From NCBI GenBank assembly GCA_028820455.1, contig JAPPJC010000006.1, forward strand, positions 34,682 to 98,681: a stretch of DNA of 64,000 nt, given 5' to 3'. Made by a program: the position numbers and the translations under genes. The stretch's first letter is position 1; each line of letters opens with the position of its first letter. Below are positions 48,231 to 58,402 of this stretch, piece by piece. This DNA comes from Acidimicrobiaceae bacterium. Lineage in GTDB: Bacteria; Actinomycetota; Acidimicrobiia; Acidimicrobiales; Aldehydirespiratoraceae. Under the pieces are notes generated by a model. That model saw only the letters and a program-made list of their open reading frames with translations, did no database searches and was not told where the DNA came from.

Positions 48231-49958
48231 TCAAATCTTCTTCAACTCCACATCTTTCACAGCTTCAGCAGCTTGGCTAGCATGATAACTCGACCTGGTA
48301 AGCGGCGATGCTTCTACATGGCCTATCCCCATTGACTCTCCGATCTCTTTCCAATAAGTAAAATCCGCCGGTTCCCACCATTGAGTCACAGGCACATGAC
48401 GCACACTAGGGCGCAGATACTGGCCAATCGTTACAATGTCAGTGCCCACAGCATTCAAATCAGCTAGCGTTTGCACTATTTCAGTATGAGTCTCACCCAT
48501 TCCAACAATTATGGACGATTTAGTGGTTAGTCCTGAGGATTTGGCACGACACAAAACTGCCAAGCTGCGAGTGTAACCCGCTGATGGACGGATTGCCCGT
48601 TGCAAACGGGCTACTGTCTCAATATTATGATTCAGCACATCCGGTTTGGCATCAAATACGACTTGCAAAGCGTCAGGGTCACCTCCAAGGTCACTGATCA
48701 GCGTTTCCACACGAGCAGTCGGAAGGCGTCGGCGTACTGCTGCCACAGTCTCAGCCACCAGTTCAGCACCCCCGTCTGCAAGATCATCACGAGCTACCAT
48801 CGTCACAACAACATAAGCAAGCTTCATGCGAGCAGCCGCTTCAGCCACACGTTCAGGTTCGTTCCGGTCGGGCAACTCAGGACGACGGGTATCCACTAAG
48901 CAGAAACCACAACTGCGAGTACAGCGTTCTCCAAGGATCATAAAGGTAGCGGTGCCATCGTTCCAACATTCGTAGATGTTAGGGCATCCTGCCTCCTCAC
49001 ATACCGTTGTGAGGCGGAGATCACGCATCGTGGAACGGAGTCTTCTATAGTCGGTGCCGGTGTTGAGTTTGACTTTAACCCAGTCTGGTTTGCGGGTTTG
49101 ATACGGCACAGCGTTTACACTGTCCACCCCCGCCTGCACTAACCGTCCCAGCAGGCGTGGAGACACACCTCCACCAGAATCCGGTTGATCGCTTATTGTT
49201 TGCAACCGGGTAAAATCAAGTCGATCAGTGCCATAAACCACCCCAGTACGGTCGACTATGCCACCTTCTCCCCATAGCTGGCCGGCATGGCTGACTAGCA
49301 GGTCTACCACTTCTTGTATAGACACGTCAACACCCTCCGCTGCTAACGAAGTGTTCGCCGTATCGGCATTACCGCAAGGCACAATCTTGTTGAACCATTC
49401 AAGATCACAATCGACATTGAATGCGAACCCGTGCATAGAACGAGCTCGGGCCAAACGTACTCCTATGGCTGCAATTTTACGAGGATTGGCACTCTCCGGA
49501 TCAATCCACACTCCTGTCTGACATCTGAAACGACCCGCTATCAAGCCCAGCTCACTTAGAACATCTACGAGCAGTTGTTCCAAGCTAGCCACATAGGCTG
49601 CAGTGTCTGTCATTCCCCCGCCGCGCTTACCGGGTAATGTGAGTATCGGATATCCTACTAGCTGGCCTGGGCCATGGTAGGTGACCTCACCACCACGGTC
49701 CGTTTCGATAATTCGGGCCCCTAATCCCTCGACGTCTGTCAAGATGTGATCACTGCTACCTCGGCGACCTATGGTCACAATATGAGGATGCTGCATTAAA
49801 AGCAGGTAATTCTCCGAAGAGTGGTTTTGCAGCCTTCGCTGTAGCACTAGTGCATCATCGTAAGCAACCCGACCCAACCAGCGGACTCTCAATTTCGGTC
49901 CACCCTGAAATGCGGGCAGAGCAATCAAATCCGTGGTTGGCGAACCTGTTTTGGTCAT
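48231..49958 (-). CDS. lipB-lipA: Fused octanoyltransferase (LipB) and lipoyl synthase (LipA)
   Basis: A single uninterrupted frame. The LipB part has …DRGGEVTYHGPGQLVGYPIL…KIAAIGVR…. The LipA part has CEEAGCPNIYECW and radical-SAM CTRSCGFC. I prefer ATG 49958 because the track start at 50183 would overlap the E2 gene by 100 nt. Confidence 0.85.
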   Translation of the reverse strand: MTKTGSPTTDLIALPAFQGGPKLRVRWLGRVAYDDALVLQRRLQNHSSENYLLLMQHPHIVTIGRRGSSDHILTDVEGLGARIIETDRGGEVTYHGPGQLVGYPILTLPGKRGGGMTDTAAYVASLEQLLVDVLSELGLIAGRFRCQTGVWIDPESANPRKIAAIGVRLARARSMHGFAFNVDCDLEWFNKIVPCGNADTANTSLAAEGVDVSIQEVVDLLVSHAGQLWGEGGIVDRTGVVYGTDRLDFTRLQTISDQPDSGGGVSPRLLGRLVQAGVDSVNAVPYQTRKPDWVKVKLNTGTDYRRLRSTMRDLRLTTVCEEAGCPNIYECWNDGTATFMILGERCTRSCGFCLVDTRRPELPDRNEPERVAEAAARMKLAYVVVTMVARDDLADGGAELVAETVAAVRRRLPTARVETLISDLGGDPDALQVVFDAKPDVLNHNIETVARLQRAIRPSAGYTRSLAVLCRAKSSGLTTKSSIIVGMGETHTEIVQTLADLNAVGTDIVTIGQYLRPSVRHVPVTQWWEPADFTYWKEIGESMGIGHVEASPLTRSSYHASQAAEAVKDVELKKI

Positions 49959-50083
49959 CAGCCCTGATGTGGTCGGCGAATCTGAAGTCGTCAAATCAGA
50001 TTCAATGGTCAAATCGGATTGGGTGGTTGTAACAGCGGATTCTGTAATGGCAACTTCGCTAGTTGAAACTCCAGAATTTCCCG

Positions 50084-51583
50084 TTAACAAAGCTCTTGAG
50101 CCCAATCGCGGGTTTCGATGATTTCTTTCACCCTGTGAATGAAGGCAGCTGCGTAAGCACCATCGAACGCCCGATGATCCCAAGCCATGGAAAGCACCCC
50201 GACCGAATGTATCGCTATCGATTCGTCGCCGTAATCGTTTGTTACAACAACAGGTTTACGTGAAATACCGTCGGTGCTTAAAATTGCCACCTGAGGCTGA
50301 TTGATAATCGGAAATTGCAGCAACGTGCCATACCTGCCGGCGTTGGTGATGGTGAAAGTGCCAGACGAAAGATCATCGGGTTTGAGTTGACGGTTACGAG
50401 CACGGGATGCGATATCAACTATCTCCCGTGCCAACTGACGGAGACGTTTACCCTCAGCTCTGTGAATGACAGGCGCAAGCAAACCTTCAAAGTTGATATC
50501 AACCGCGACTGCTAGATTCACATACTGATGCAATACCAGCTCATCATCACCGAAACTGGCGTTGAGGTAAGGGTATTCACGCAAAGCGTCGATCACAGCC
50601 CGAGCTATAAACGGCAGGTAGGTGAGACTGAACCCTTCCTCTGCTTTCCACTGTGCTCGAGCTGGAAGGCGAGCCCGTTCCACAGCTTCATAGTCCACTT
50701 CGATAGCCGACAGTACGTGTGGGGATACCTGCTTCGACATTACCATATGTTGCGCTGTGAGGTTACGGATTTTGTTGAGCGGTACTGCTTGATAACCACG
50801 TCCTGACGGTGAAGGATCCAGCTCTTCAGCATCAGGATGAACCAGCTGGTGATCAGGGTGATGTTGAGCAATATCCACTGGGGGTGCAGCTGAAACCGGA
50901 GTAGAAGAAGAAACAACAGGCCGCTCTGGCTGCACTGAAGAAATATCGGCGGATACCATTGTTTGACCTACTGCTTTTTGTGCTTCGATTTCCCTTTCCA
51001 CGTCGGCACGAGTGATGCGACCGCCCAACCCTGTTGCCCTAATAGTGCGTGGGTCCAGATTGTTGGTGGTTATCAGACGTCTAACCAAGGGAGACATCAC
51101 AATAGTAGCGGCTTCAGCGGATGTGATTCTTGTGGCAGTGGATGCAGGCTTGGCAGTTGCGGGCTCAGCAGCAGTAGTTGCGGATTCAGCAGCAGTGCCA
51201 ACTGCACTGGCCGTGATACTGTCGGCATCGGTTTCAACGCCGTCGGTGACAGTCTGCGGAGACTGATCATCTGTTGCGTCTGTTACAGGAGTCCCCGTAG
51301 CAGTCTGAGAGATCGCAGCAGTAGCAGAATCACCGATACGGGCGACAACTTGGCCTACCTCGATAATATCATCTACGTTGGCTAAAATCTCCAGCACAAC
51401 ACCCACCGCTGGAGACGGCACTTCCGTGTCTACCTTGTCGGTTGAAACCTCGAAAAGAGGCTCGTCGGCTGAAATGCTTTCACCAACCTGCTTGAACCAA
51501 CGAAGAATTGTTCCTTCGACTACGGCTTCACCAAGTTTCGGCATCTTGACTTCAACAATCTGCTGGGTCGTATTGTCATTCAT
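50084..51583 (-). CDS. sucB: 2-oxoacid dehydrogenase E2 (dihydrolipoamide acyltransferase)
   Basis: Lipoyl domain …LFEVSTDKVDTEVPSP…, E3-binding SPLVRRLI, and catalytic …SMAWDHRAFDGA…. Confidence 0.9.
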   Translation of the reverse strand: MNDNTTQQIVEVKMPKLGEAVVEGTILRWFKQVGESISADEPLFEVSTDKVDTEVPSPAVGVVLEILANVDDIIEVGQVVARIGDSATAAISQTATGTPVTDATDDQSPQTVTDGVETDADSITASAVGTAAESATTAAEPATAKPASTATRITSAEAATIVMSPLVRRLITTNNLDPRTIRATGLGGRITRADVEREIEAQKAVGQTMVSADISSVQPERPVVSSSTPVSAAPPVDIAQHHPDHQLVHPDAEELDPSPSGRGYQAVPLNKIRNLTAQHMVMSKQVSPHVLSAIEVDYEAVERARLPARAQWKAEEGFSLTYLPFIARAVIDALREYPYLNASFGDDELVLHQYVNLAVAVDINFEGLLAPVIHRAEGKRLRQLAREIVDIASRARNRQLKPDDLSSGTFTITNAGRYGTLLQFPIINQPQVAILSTDGISRKPVVVTNDYGDESIAIHSVGVLSMAWDHRAFDGAYAAAFIHRVKEIIETRDWAQELC

Positions 51584-51760
51584 AAAGCGAGCTCTGCCTT
51601 TCAGGCTTTTCAGACTTATTCATTTCCGGACTTCTCAATAGTCTAAACATCTAACATAATTAGGAATACCTAACATAACTCAGGGTCAGCATCTGGTAGT
51701 AGGACTAATGGCAACATCTACCAAAACCGAAGCAACCGATCCGTTCATTCATGCTGAAAA

Positions 51761-53536
51761 TCATCCATGCAGAGAACGATCTGCCAATGTGAGTGTGGTT
51801 TCACTGAATAATTCACTCAAAGTGGGATGAGGCTGAATAAGAGCCGCTACTTCAGTGGCTGTGGCCTCCCAATTAACAGCCAAATATCCCTGACCCAACT
51901 GTTCTGTAACCCAGGGCCCGCACATGTGAACACCCAATATGCGACCTGCTGTGCCATCAATCTGTTTTTCGGCTATAACCTTTACAACCCCGTCTGTTTC
52001 CCCTATTATCATGGCACGACCATTGGCCATATAGCGATGCGATGAAGTGACTACTTCATAGCCAGCCTCAACCGCAGAAGTTTCGGAGTGTCCCGCAAAA
52101 GCAACCTCGGGATGACTGTAGATACACCACGGTACATTATGATAGTCGATAGGTACGGGATTCTCGCCTCGGATGTCGTCGATAACCAGCATGCCTTCGG
52201 CAAAGGCAACATGAGCAAGCTGCGGGGTGTCGATCACATCGCCAACCGCCCAAACGCCTTCCGCTGAGGTACGGCACCGCTCATCCACCGACACAAATCC
52301 ACGCTCATCGGATTTGACGCCCGCTGCAGCAAGTTCAAGCCTTCTGGTGTAAGGCTTACGACCCACAGACACTACCACCAGATCCACATCTACGCTTTTA
52401 CCGTCACCAAAATGTACTTTAGTGCCTTGAGTGTCGGGGTGTTTGGCAGTGTCAGCGGAACTGGCTCTACTTTTTTCGGCTTTGCTAGATGTTGTATTGG
52501 CGGTGTGCGGTTCGTGTCCATTCACTGTTACGTTCGTATGGACTTCCATGCGCCGTTTACGGAACGACCTTTCCACCATTTTTATCACGTCAGTATCACA
52601 ACCGCTAAGCAAAGTAGGTAATGCTTCCAGTAATGTCACTTTCACTCCGACATCTGCCATCATAGAAGCGAATTCACAGCCGATAGCTCCACCGCCGATA
52701 ACTGCTACGGTGTTAGGCAGCCTAGTAAGTGACAGCACCTCATCTGATGTCATGACAAGCTTACCATCTACCTCAAACCCAGGTATTGTTCTGGGTTTCG
52801 ACCCAGTAGCCAAAATTATGGAAGGCGCACTTATGGTTTTGGTGGTACTGCTGGTTTTGGTGGTACTATCACCGTCAGATGTGCTGTCATCTTCTTCTTT
52901 GCCGCCGGTGACTTGCACCATGCCTTGTCCACATAGGGTTCCTGTGCCGGAATAGACAGTCACTTTGCGATGCCCAAGCAAAGTAGAAAGACCGCTCACC
53001 AGGCGACTTATCACTTTTTCTTTGCGAGCCATCACCACCGACCAGTCACATGCCGGCTTATCTTCACCACTGCTTATGCCGAACTCACCGGCATCCAACA
53101 CCGTGCGGTAGACAGAAGCGACTTCTAACAGCTGTTTAGCAGGGATGCAGCCCACATTAAGACAAGTACCTCCAAGCTTGCTTTCTTCCACTAAAGCTAT
53201 ATTCAGGCCTTTGCTAGCACCGTAGAGGGCTGCAGCATACCCACCAGGGCCACCACCAATAATTACGACATCGTATTGTGTGACTTGATCCACGTTGTCC
53301 TCTGTTTCTTTTGTAGTATTCTTCTTCCTGGCGGTAGTCTCAGCAGCGGTAGGCTTAGGTGGAGTAGATCGCCTAGCAGCAGCGGTGCTTGTCTTTTTAG
53401 CCGCTGTTCCAACGGAGCTACGCTGTTCAGTGGTTTTACTCCGTGATTTACCAGTGTTTTCACTATTGTCAAGTGGATCGGCGTTTTTGCTGCAAGCAGA
53501 CGTATCTATCATAGACGAGTCCTTTTTTCTGCGCAC
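51761..53536 (-). CDS. lpdA: Dihydrolipoyl dehydrogenase (E3) with basic low-complexity N-terminal extension
   Basis: VVIIGGGPGGYAAA FAD motif, redox centre GGTCLNVGCIPAK, and C-terminal …HPTLSE…. The core begins at about 53290, and translation of the roughly 85 upstream K/T/A-rich codons is uncertain. Confidence 0.9.
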   Translation of the reverse strand: MRRKKDSSMIDTSACSKNADPLDNSENTGKSRSKTTEQRSSVGTAAKKTSTAAARRSTPPKPTAAETTARKKNTTKETEDNVDQVTQYDVVIIGGGPGGYAAALYGASKGLNIALVEESKLGGTCLNVGCIPAKQLLEVASVYRTVLDAGEFGISSGEDKPACDWSVVMARKEKVISRLVSGLSTLLGHRKVTVYSGTGTLCGQGMVQVTGGKEEDDSTSDGDSTTKTSSTTKTISAPSIILATGSKPRTIPGFEVDGKLVMTSDEVLSLTRLPNTVAVIGGGAIGCEFASMMADVGVKVTLLEALPTLLSGCDTDVIKMVERSFRKRRMEVHTNVTVNGHEPHTANTTSSKAEKSRASSADTAKHPDTQGTKVHFGDGKSVDVDLVVVSVGRKPYTRRLELAAAGVKSDERGFVSVDERCRTSAEGVWAVGDVIDTPQLAHVAFAEGMLVIDDIRGENPVPIDYHNVPWCIYSHPEVAFAGHSETSAVEAGYEVVTSSHRYMANGRAMIIGETDGVVKVIAEKQIDGTAGRILGVHMCGPWVTEQLGQGYLAVNWEATATEVAALIQPHPTLSELFSETTLTLADRSLHG

Positions 53537-54138
53537 TTCATCTCCTGTTTAGCTTATAAGTCCTATCAGCATAATTCTTGCGTAATTCCAGACCTACAAA
53601 TCTTGTCTAACTTCGTCATAGTCACAACGCTATCCCACAGCTGTTGCAACATTCTGTAGTCTATTCGGTTGCACGACTAAGACACAGCATACCTTACGAT
53701 TGTTTGCTTTGATAGTGGTGACCTCCTGTCTGAGGACTCCCGTTACAAACTTCAAACAACACAAGCTCCGAAGTAACTGGCATTATGCAATTCAAAGTAG
53801 ACTGACATCAAATAACCAGTAGCATCTGCACAGCAAAGGCTGCAAGAATTGCTACACCGCATAGCAATGCGGCCACAATCAACTTAAAGGTACTCACAAC
53901 AAAAACTGTCAAGAACTCACAGACTGCTACGCACACGCACAGTGGCTCGACTCATAGGCAACGTCTGCCGATCCTGTAACACTGGATATATGTCATACAC
54001 CTACACTAGCATATATCGTGCAGGACATACTCAGAGCACAATATTCAGATAACAGTGTTTCGGTTGTTCTTTGTACTTGAACAACTCAGATTATAGCAGC
54101 TCAGACTTACACAATCCAGAAGGGAAGGTCGACCAATA

Positions 54139-55047
54139 ATGCGAGTAGGTATCACGGGTGCGAGCGGGCTTGTCGGTAAATCGCTGGCAGCTCGACTCAC
54201 AGCGGATGGGCATGATGTAATACCTTTTTTGCGCGGCCCAGACAACGCTGTCGACACTAGTGCCTCTGAAACAGTTAGTTGGACCCCAGATGCAGGTCAA
54301 CTAGACCTCACAGGCCTACGTGGACTAGACGCAGTAGTACATCTTGCTGGCCAACCGATCGCTTCTCGCCGCTGGTCTAAAGAACAGAAAGAACGCATAT
54401 TGAATAGTCGGGTAAATGGCACACAGCTACTATCAGAAGTTTTAGCTGGTCTTACAACCCCGCCTGATGTGATGGTGTCGGCTTCTGCCATCGGTGTGTA
54501 CGGCAATCGAGGCGATACTCTGCTTGATGAAACATCGAGTCCAGGAGATGATTTCTTGGCCGAAGTGTGCGAACAATGGGAAGCAGCAACTGCTCCAGCT
54601 AAAGAAGCCGGCATACGCGTATGTCATCCTCGAACTGGCATTGTTCTAGCAGAACATGGAGGTGCACTAGCCAAAATGCTTGTTCCTTTCAAGTTTGGAC
54701 TTGGTGGAAAAATCGGCAACGGTCGACAGTGGATGAGTTGGATCAGTCTGCAAGATGAAGTTTCAGCTTTATGCTGGCTGCTCACATCCGATACCCACGG
54801 CCCGGTAAATCTCACTGCACCCAACCCAGTAACTAACAGCGAATTTGCAAAAACTTTAGCGCAAGTGCTCAAACGGCCAGCATTTCTCCCCACTCCCAAA
54901 ATGGCTTTAAGTGCTCTTTGGGGGCGCGAGCTAGCAGAAGCTTTGCTCTATAGCAGTGCTCGTGTAAAACCATCTGTACTGCAAGAAGGTGGTTTCCAGT
55001 TCGATCATCCCGACCTTCAAACCGCTTTAGAAGCTCTGCTGGCTTAA
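54139..55047 (+). CDS. TIGR01777/YfcH-like NAD-dependent epimerase family protein (DUF1731 C-terminus)
   Basis: MRVGITGASGLVGKSL Rossmann motif. At 302 aa, its C-terminal …RVKPSVLQEGGFQFDHPDL… is typical of this family. Confidence 0.8.
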   Translation: MRVGITGASGLVGKSLAARLTADGHDVIPFLRGPDNAVDTSASETVSWTPDAGQLDLTGLRGLDAVVHLAGQPIASRRWSKEQKERILNSRVNGTQLLSEVLAGLTTPPDVMVSASAIGVYGNRGDTLLDETSSPGDDFLAEVCEQWEAATAPAKEAGIRVCHPRTGIVLAEHGGALAKMLVPFKFGLGGKIGNGRQWMSWISLQDEVSALCWLLTSDTHGPVNLTAPNPVTNSEFAKTLAQVLKRPAFLPTPKMALSALWGRELAEALLYSSARVKPSVLQEGGFQFDHPDLQTALEALLA

Positions 55048-55709
55048 GTTATGCTCTTTCTATCCCCATCAAAGGAAACTAGGGCCTGTTGATGCTATTT
55101 CGTGTGTGGTATGTGTATGGAGGCTACACAGGATCAGAATGAACTCATAAAGATTGGCGAGCTCCATCAGTGGATGCGACGAATTTGCTCGTAATGATCG
55201 TAATGAACAGTGTCAAAGTCAGTATTCAACCGATAGAGGCCGCCTTTTTGGTACAATGTGTAAGCGTGTAAGCCTAAATTGTCAAACACAGGGGCATCAC
55301 GAAGAGACGGTTATCTCTGCGCTCGAGGCTGGAGTCGGAGGTTGACGGATTGGCCGAAGACACGAATCGCAACATCCCGTCCGCAGTAGAGGATTCAGAG
55401 CAGACGGCTGCCGATGGACAGACGACTGTGTTGATCATTGGGATCATCGGGTTCCCCGTAATCATTTCGGTAGCCAGCCACTTCAGAACCCGAACCAACG
55501 TCACCGCATAACTGCTGTGTGTGTTGTGGCGTGACGACTGAGGATGTCACCTCGTCTCACCAACCGAGAATAGAACTGTTGTTTTTGCGTTGAGCCTGTT
55601 GAGCGGCACGTATGCTGCGATGGGATTCCTGCCACAAGCAAAGTCCATGGTGGGACCCATCAGCACTAAAAACAGATAGCGAGGTGTTCGTGAGCGAACT
55701 GAGGCGACT

Positions 55710-55985
55710 CTATAGCGGTCGGTAAATATCTGCTCGATGATCAATGTATACCACGCTGACCATATGCTCGACTTTACTGATCTCGTAGACAATACGATAT
55801 GTCCCTACCCGTGCCGAGTGAAGCCCCGAAAGTTCACCCCTCAGTGGTTCACCAACACGGTGCGGATTATCAAGAAGAGATCCAAGGATGTAGTCCACGA
55901 CTGCAACGGCGATTTTTGCGGGGAGACGGTCAATGGCTCTCCGTGCGGGTCTAGCAACGACGAGACCCCAAGACGAATCGGTCAC
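55710..55985 (-). CDS. parE: RelE/ParE-family toxin
   Basis: 91 aa: …LLDNPHRVGEPLRGELSGLHSARVGTYRIVYEISKVEHMVSVVYIDHRADIYR. It overlaps the upstream antitoxin by 4 nt. Confidence 0.75.
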   Translation of the reverse strand: MTDSSWGLVVARPARRAIDRLPAKIAVAVVDYILGSLLDNPHRVGEPLRGELSGLHSARVGTYRIVYEISKVEHMVSVVYIDHRADIYRPL

Positions 55986-56299
55986 ACCGTGTTGCGACGC
56001 AGTCGGTCGCGGAGCGTTTCGATCTCTTCCTGGGTGGCAACATCACCGTCAGCAATAGCAGCTCGGCCGAGCTCAACAGCTTGCATGGCAGCGGGGTCGG
56101 AGAGAATGGCGACAGTTTCCTCAATGGCTTCGAGGTCGGCTATGCTAAGCACCACAGCTATTGGACGACCATTTCGTGTCACTGTAACTCTTTCGTGCGT
56201 CGCTGCGATCTCATCTATGACTTCAGACAGTTTCGCTTTAACTCTTGACAGGGGAAGTACCTTTGACATAACTAGAAATCTAGTCTGTCTGTTGAACAT
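55982..56299 (-). CDS. phd: Phd/YefM-family antitoxin
   Basis: …LSRVKAKLSEVIDEIAATHERVTVTRNGRPIAVVLSIADLEAIEETVAILSD…. Confidence 0.75.
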   Translation of the reverse strand: MFNRQTRFLVMSKVLPLSRVKAKLSEVIDEIAATHERVTVTRNGRPIAVVLSIADLEAIEETVAILSDPAAMQAVELGRAAIADGDVATQEEIETLRDRLRRNTV

Positions 56300-56733
56300 A
56301 TCAACACTCTTCCCAACACTTCACGACAACCTGTCGCAACTAACATCGAACCATACACACCTAGACAGGCCCCCACACCCACACCTCCAATGGAGCCCCT
56401 GTGAAGAAGCTACGCTCGCTATCGAGGATTGTGAACAACTGAACTAGGGGTTGGGTAGAAGACGCGACAGACGCAGTCACGAGAATCAAGAGCCGAGAAC
56501 AGGATAGTCTCACGTTCAGTGAGTACATCGCAGTTGACGCAGTCACGAGAATCAAGAGCCGAGAGCGGTGATTGGGACAACCTGAACATTGAACTGGTGA
56601 AGAGGTATTGGTAAGAACCGTTCACACTGCCAAGGGCAAAGAGTTCCCCATACGTGGTACTCTCCGGCGGTGAGTCGAAATGGGAGTGAATTTTGGATGC
56701 TGATCCCACGTTCGCAATCAGCTGTGTCTGCAA

Positions 56734-58086
56734 TCAGGGCTTATAGGTGTAGATGACAGGTAATTGTGTGGGATTGGTCATGCTGGAGTCGGTGTGGTGT
56801 GCTATGTCGACATTTCCAGTGCCACAGTCACCGAACTCGTCACACGACATGGTTCCGATGATGCCGTTGAAATCGGCGATCTCACTCAGCGTCTTCCGGA
56901 GTTCGGCTCGGTCGATGTAGAGCGTTTCCCCGTCTTCAACAGCGACTTCTTCAATAGCACGAAGGAGAAGAGTGGTGGCGTCGTAGGCATGAGCCACATA
57001 GGCCGATGTGGGTGGCTCGTCATATTGAGTTTGATAGGCAGCGATTAATTCGTCGCCGGATTTGCCAGTGGTGTTGTTGATGTTGCTTCCGAAATTCAAG
57101 GCCGGACCTTCGAGGTAGACACCTTCCGACTCGGGCAAGGCCAGAAAGCTTGAGAGCGTCAGAGCGGAACCGCCTATCAGCCTCACGTCACTGAGTTCTG
57201 GGAGCTGATCGAGTTGACGAATGAGATGAGTACCTTCTTCTGGGAAGATCGGGAAGAAAACTCCGTCGGGGTTGCTATCCGATATCTGGGTCAGGACAGG
57301 TACCATGTCGGTGTCACCCTTTTTGATGGAGACGCTGGTGACTTCACCACCGAGATCCTTGAATGCGATGGCGAAGCTTCCGGCAAGGCCCGATGTGTAC
57401 GGGTCGCCGTCATCAATGGTGGCCACGTTGCGCAAATCGAGCTCATTGTAAGCGAACTGGGCAACCGCCCGCCCGCTGTGAACATCGTTGTTGGCGATCC
57501 GATAGTAGCCGGGGTGGTAGTTGGAGCCAGCGTTGCCGCGGAGATCGGAAGTGAGCGAGGGAGCAGCATTCAACGGTGAGACCATCACGAGACCGGCTTC
57601 GCTGATGACAGGTGATGCCACGGCAGCGGATACAGAACAGGTAGTCCCTATAACACCGACAACCTGGGGATCGTTGACCACAAGCTGAGCCGCGTCACGC
57701 CCTCCTTCCTCGGAGCAGCCCGAATCGATACCGTCTCCCATCGTCACATCGCGGCCTTTGATGGGCCCGTAGTCCTCGATCGCTAGCCCTACAGTCCACT
57801 CGCGGGGAACCTCCAGGCCCGCTCCCATCGCTTCCAGTGAACGAATCTGAATCGCGTCACCTGGTTTGACTTCCACAGCTCCAAGGGATCCTGCCTCGAA
57901 ATCCTGTGACCCGCAAGCGACTGAGATCAATACGGGAAAGGCTGCCAACAGGATGAAACGTAGGTGAGACGAACGCAGGAAAACCGAAAGGCTCCGGCTC
58001 CGTCCAAATCGAATGCGCTGTGCTGTTATCATGTCTCTCCTATCACGCTTCTCCGTGTGTTGTTGCCCATACCTACGAGTATACAC
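56734..58086 (-). CDS. Lipoprotein, branched-chain-amino-acid-type ABC substrate-binding protein (PBP1), orphan
   Basis: Lipobox LISVACGS and Peripla_BP_6-like body (…VVGVIGTTCSVSA…). No permease or ATPase genes are adjacent. The probable start is ATG 58032. Confidence 0.8.
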   Translation of the reverse strand: MYTRRYGQQHTEKRDRRDMITAQRIRFGRSRSLSVFLRSSHLRFILLAAFPVLISVACGSQDFEAGSLGAVEVKPGDAIQIRSLEAMGAGLEVPREWTVGLAIEDYGPIKGRDVTMGDGIDSGCSEEGGRDAAQLVVNDPQVVGVIGTTCSVSAAVASPVISEAGLVMVSPLNAAPSLTSDLRGNAGSNYHPGYYRIANNDVHSGRAVAQFAYNELDLRNVATIDDGDPYTSGLAGSFAIAFKDLGGEVTSVSIKKGDTDMVPVLTQISDSNPDGVFFPIFPEEGTHLIRQLDQLPELSDVRLIGGSALTLSSFLALPESEGVYLEGPALNFGSNINNTTGKSGDELIAAYQTQYDEPPTSAYVAHAYDATTLLLRAIEEVAVEDGETLYIDRAELRKTLSEIADFNGIIGTMSCDEFGDCGTGNVDIAHHTDSSMTNPTQLPVIYTYKP

Positions 58087-58402
58087 TAACTCTAAGCCAC
58101 TATGAGAGACCCTGTTCGGTATTCATTGCAAAATGTAAAGGTACGTATTCATAGGACTGTTGTGTGATCAGCGTGAGCATAGCCCTGTTCGGTACTCATT
58201 GCACAGCGCAATTTACCTGCACAAGCGTAGGCGTTGTGTACGGAAGATGAACGGGGACACGGATGAGTGAATGATTTAGACAGCGATCTGAAAACGAACC
58301 CCAACGGCTAGTGTGACGCTTCGGATACGCACACAAGATTGCGCAGTGCTTCGTGAGACGCATGTGGTCGTCGTCGGTACTGGCGAGGCACTCGGGTGAC
58401 TA

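Noticed and set aside
53808-53897. 29-aa hydrophobic minus-strand ORF (MSTFKLIVAALLCGVAILAAFAVQMLLVI) in the lpdA-epimerase spacer
   Set aside because: It is attractive as a small membrane peptide or type I toxin, and a TTGACA lies just upstream. But it has a GTG start, no SD, and no conservation evidence available here. It is worth a Ribo-seq look but is not reportable.
55167-55350. Short minus- and plus-strand reading frames in the 55.05-55.7 kb gap (for example …TLYQKGGLYRLNTDFDTVHYDHYEQIRRIH*, and a TTG-initiated 52-aa C-tail-anchored peptide)
   Set aside because: They have no canonical starts and no recognisable family. They are probably gene debris at the island edge, and I cannot assign them.
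55737-56447. 236-aa + strand ORF
   Set aside because: It runs antisense across the well-supported parE and phd genes and has an S/R-rich shadow composition.
56419-56733. 104-aa minus-strand ORF immediately after the SBP gene, containing SALDSRDCV twice
   Set aside because: The internal repeat is the 29-bp DNA repeat (56470/56536). There is no motif, and the composition past residue 50 looks non-coding. The start directly abutting the SBP stop is noted but is insufficient.
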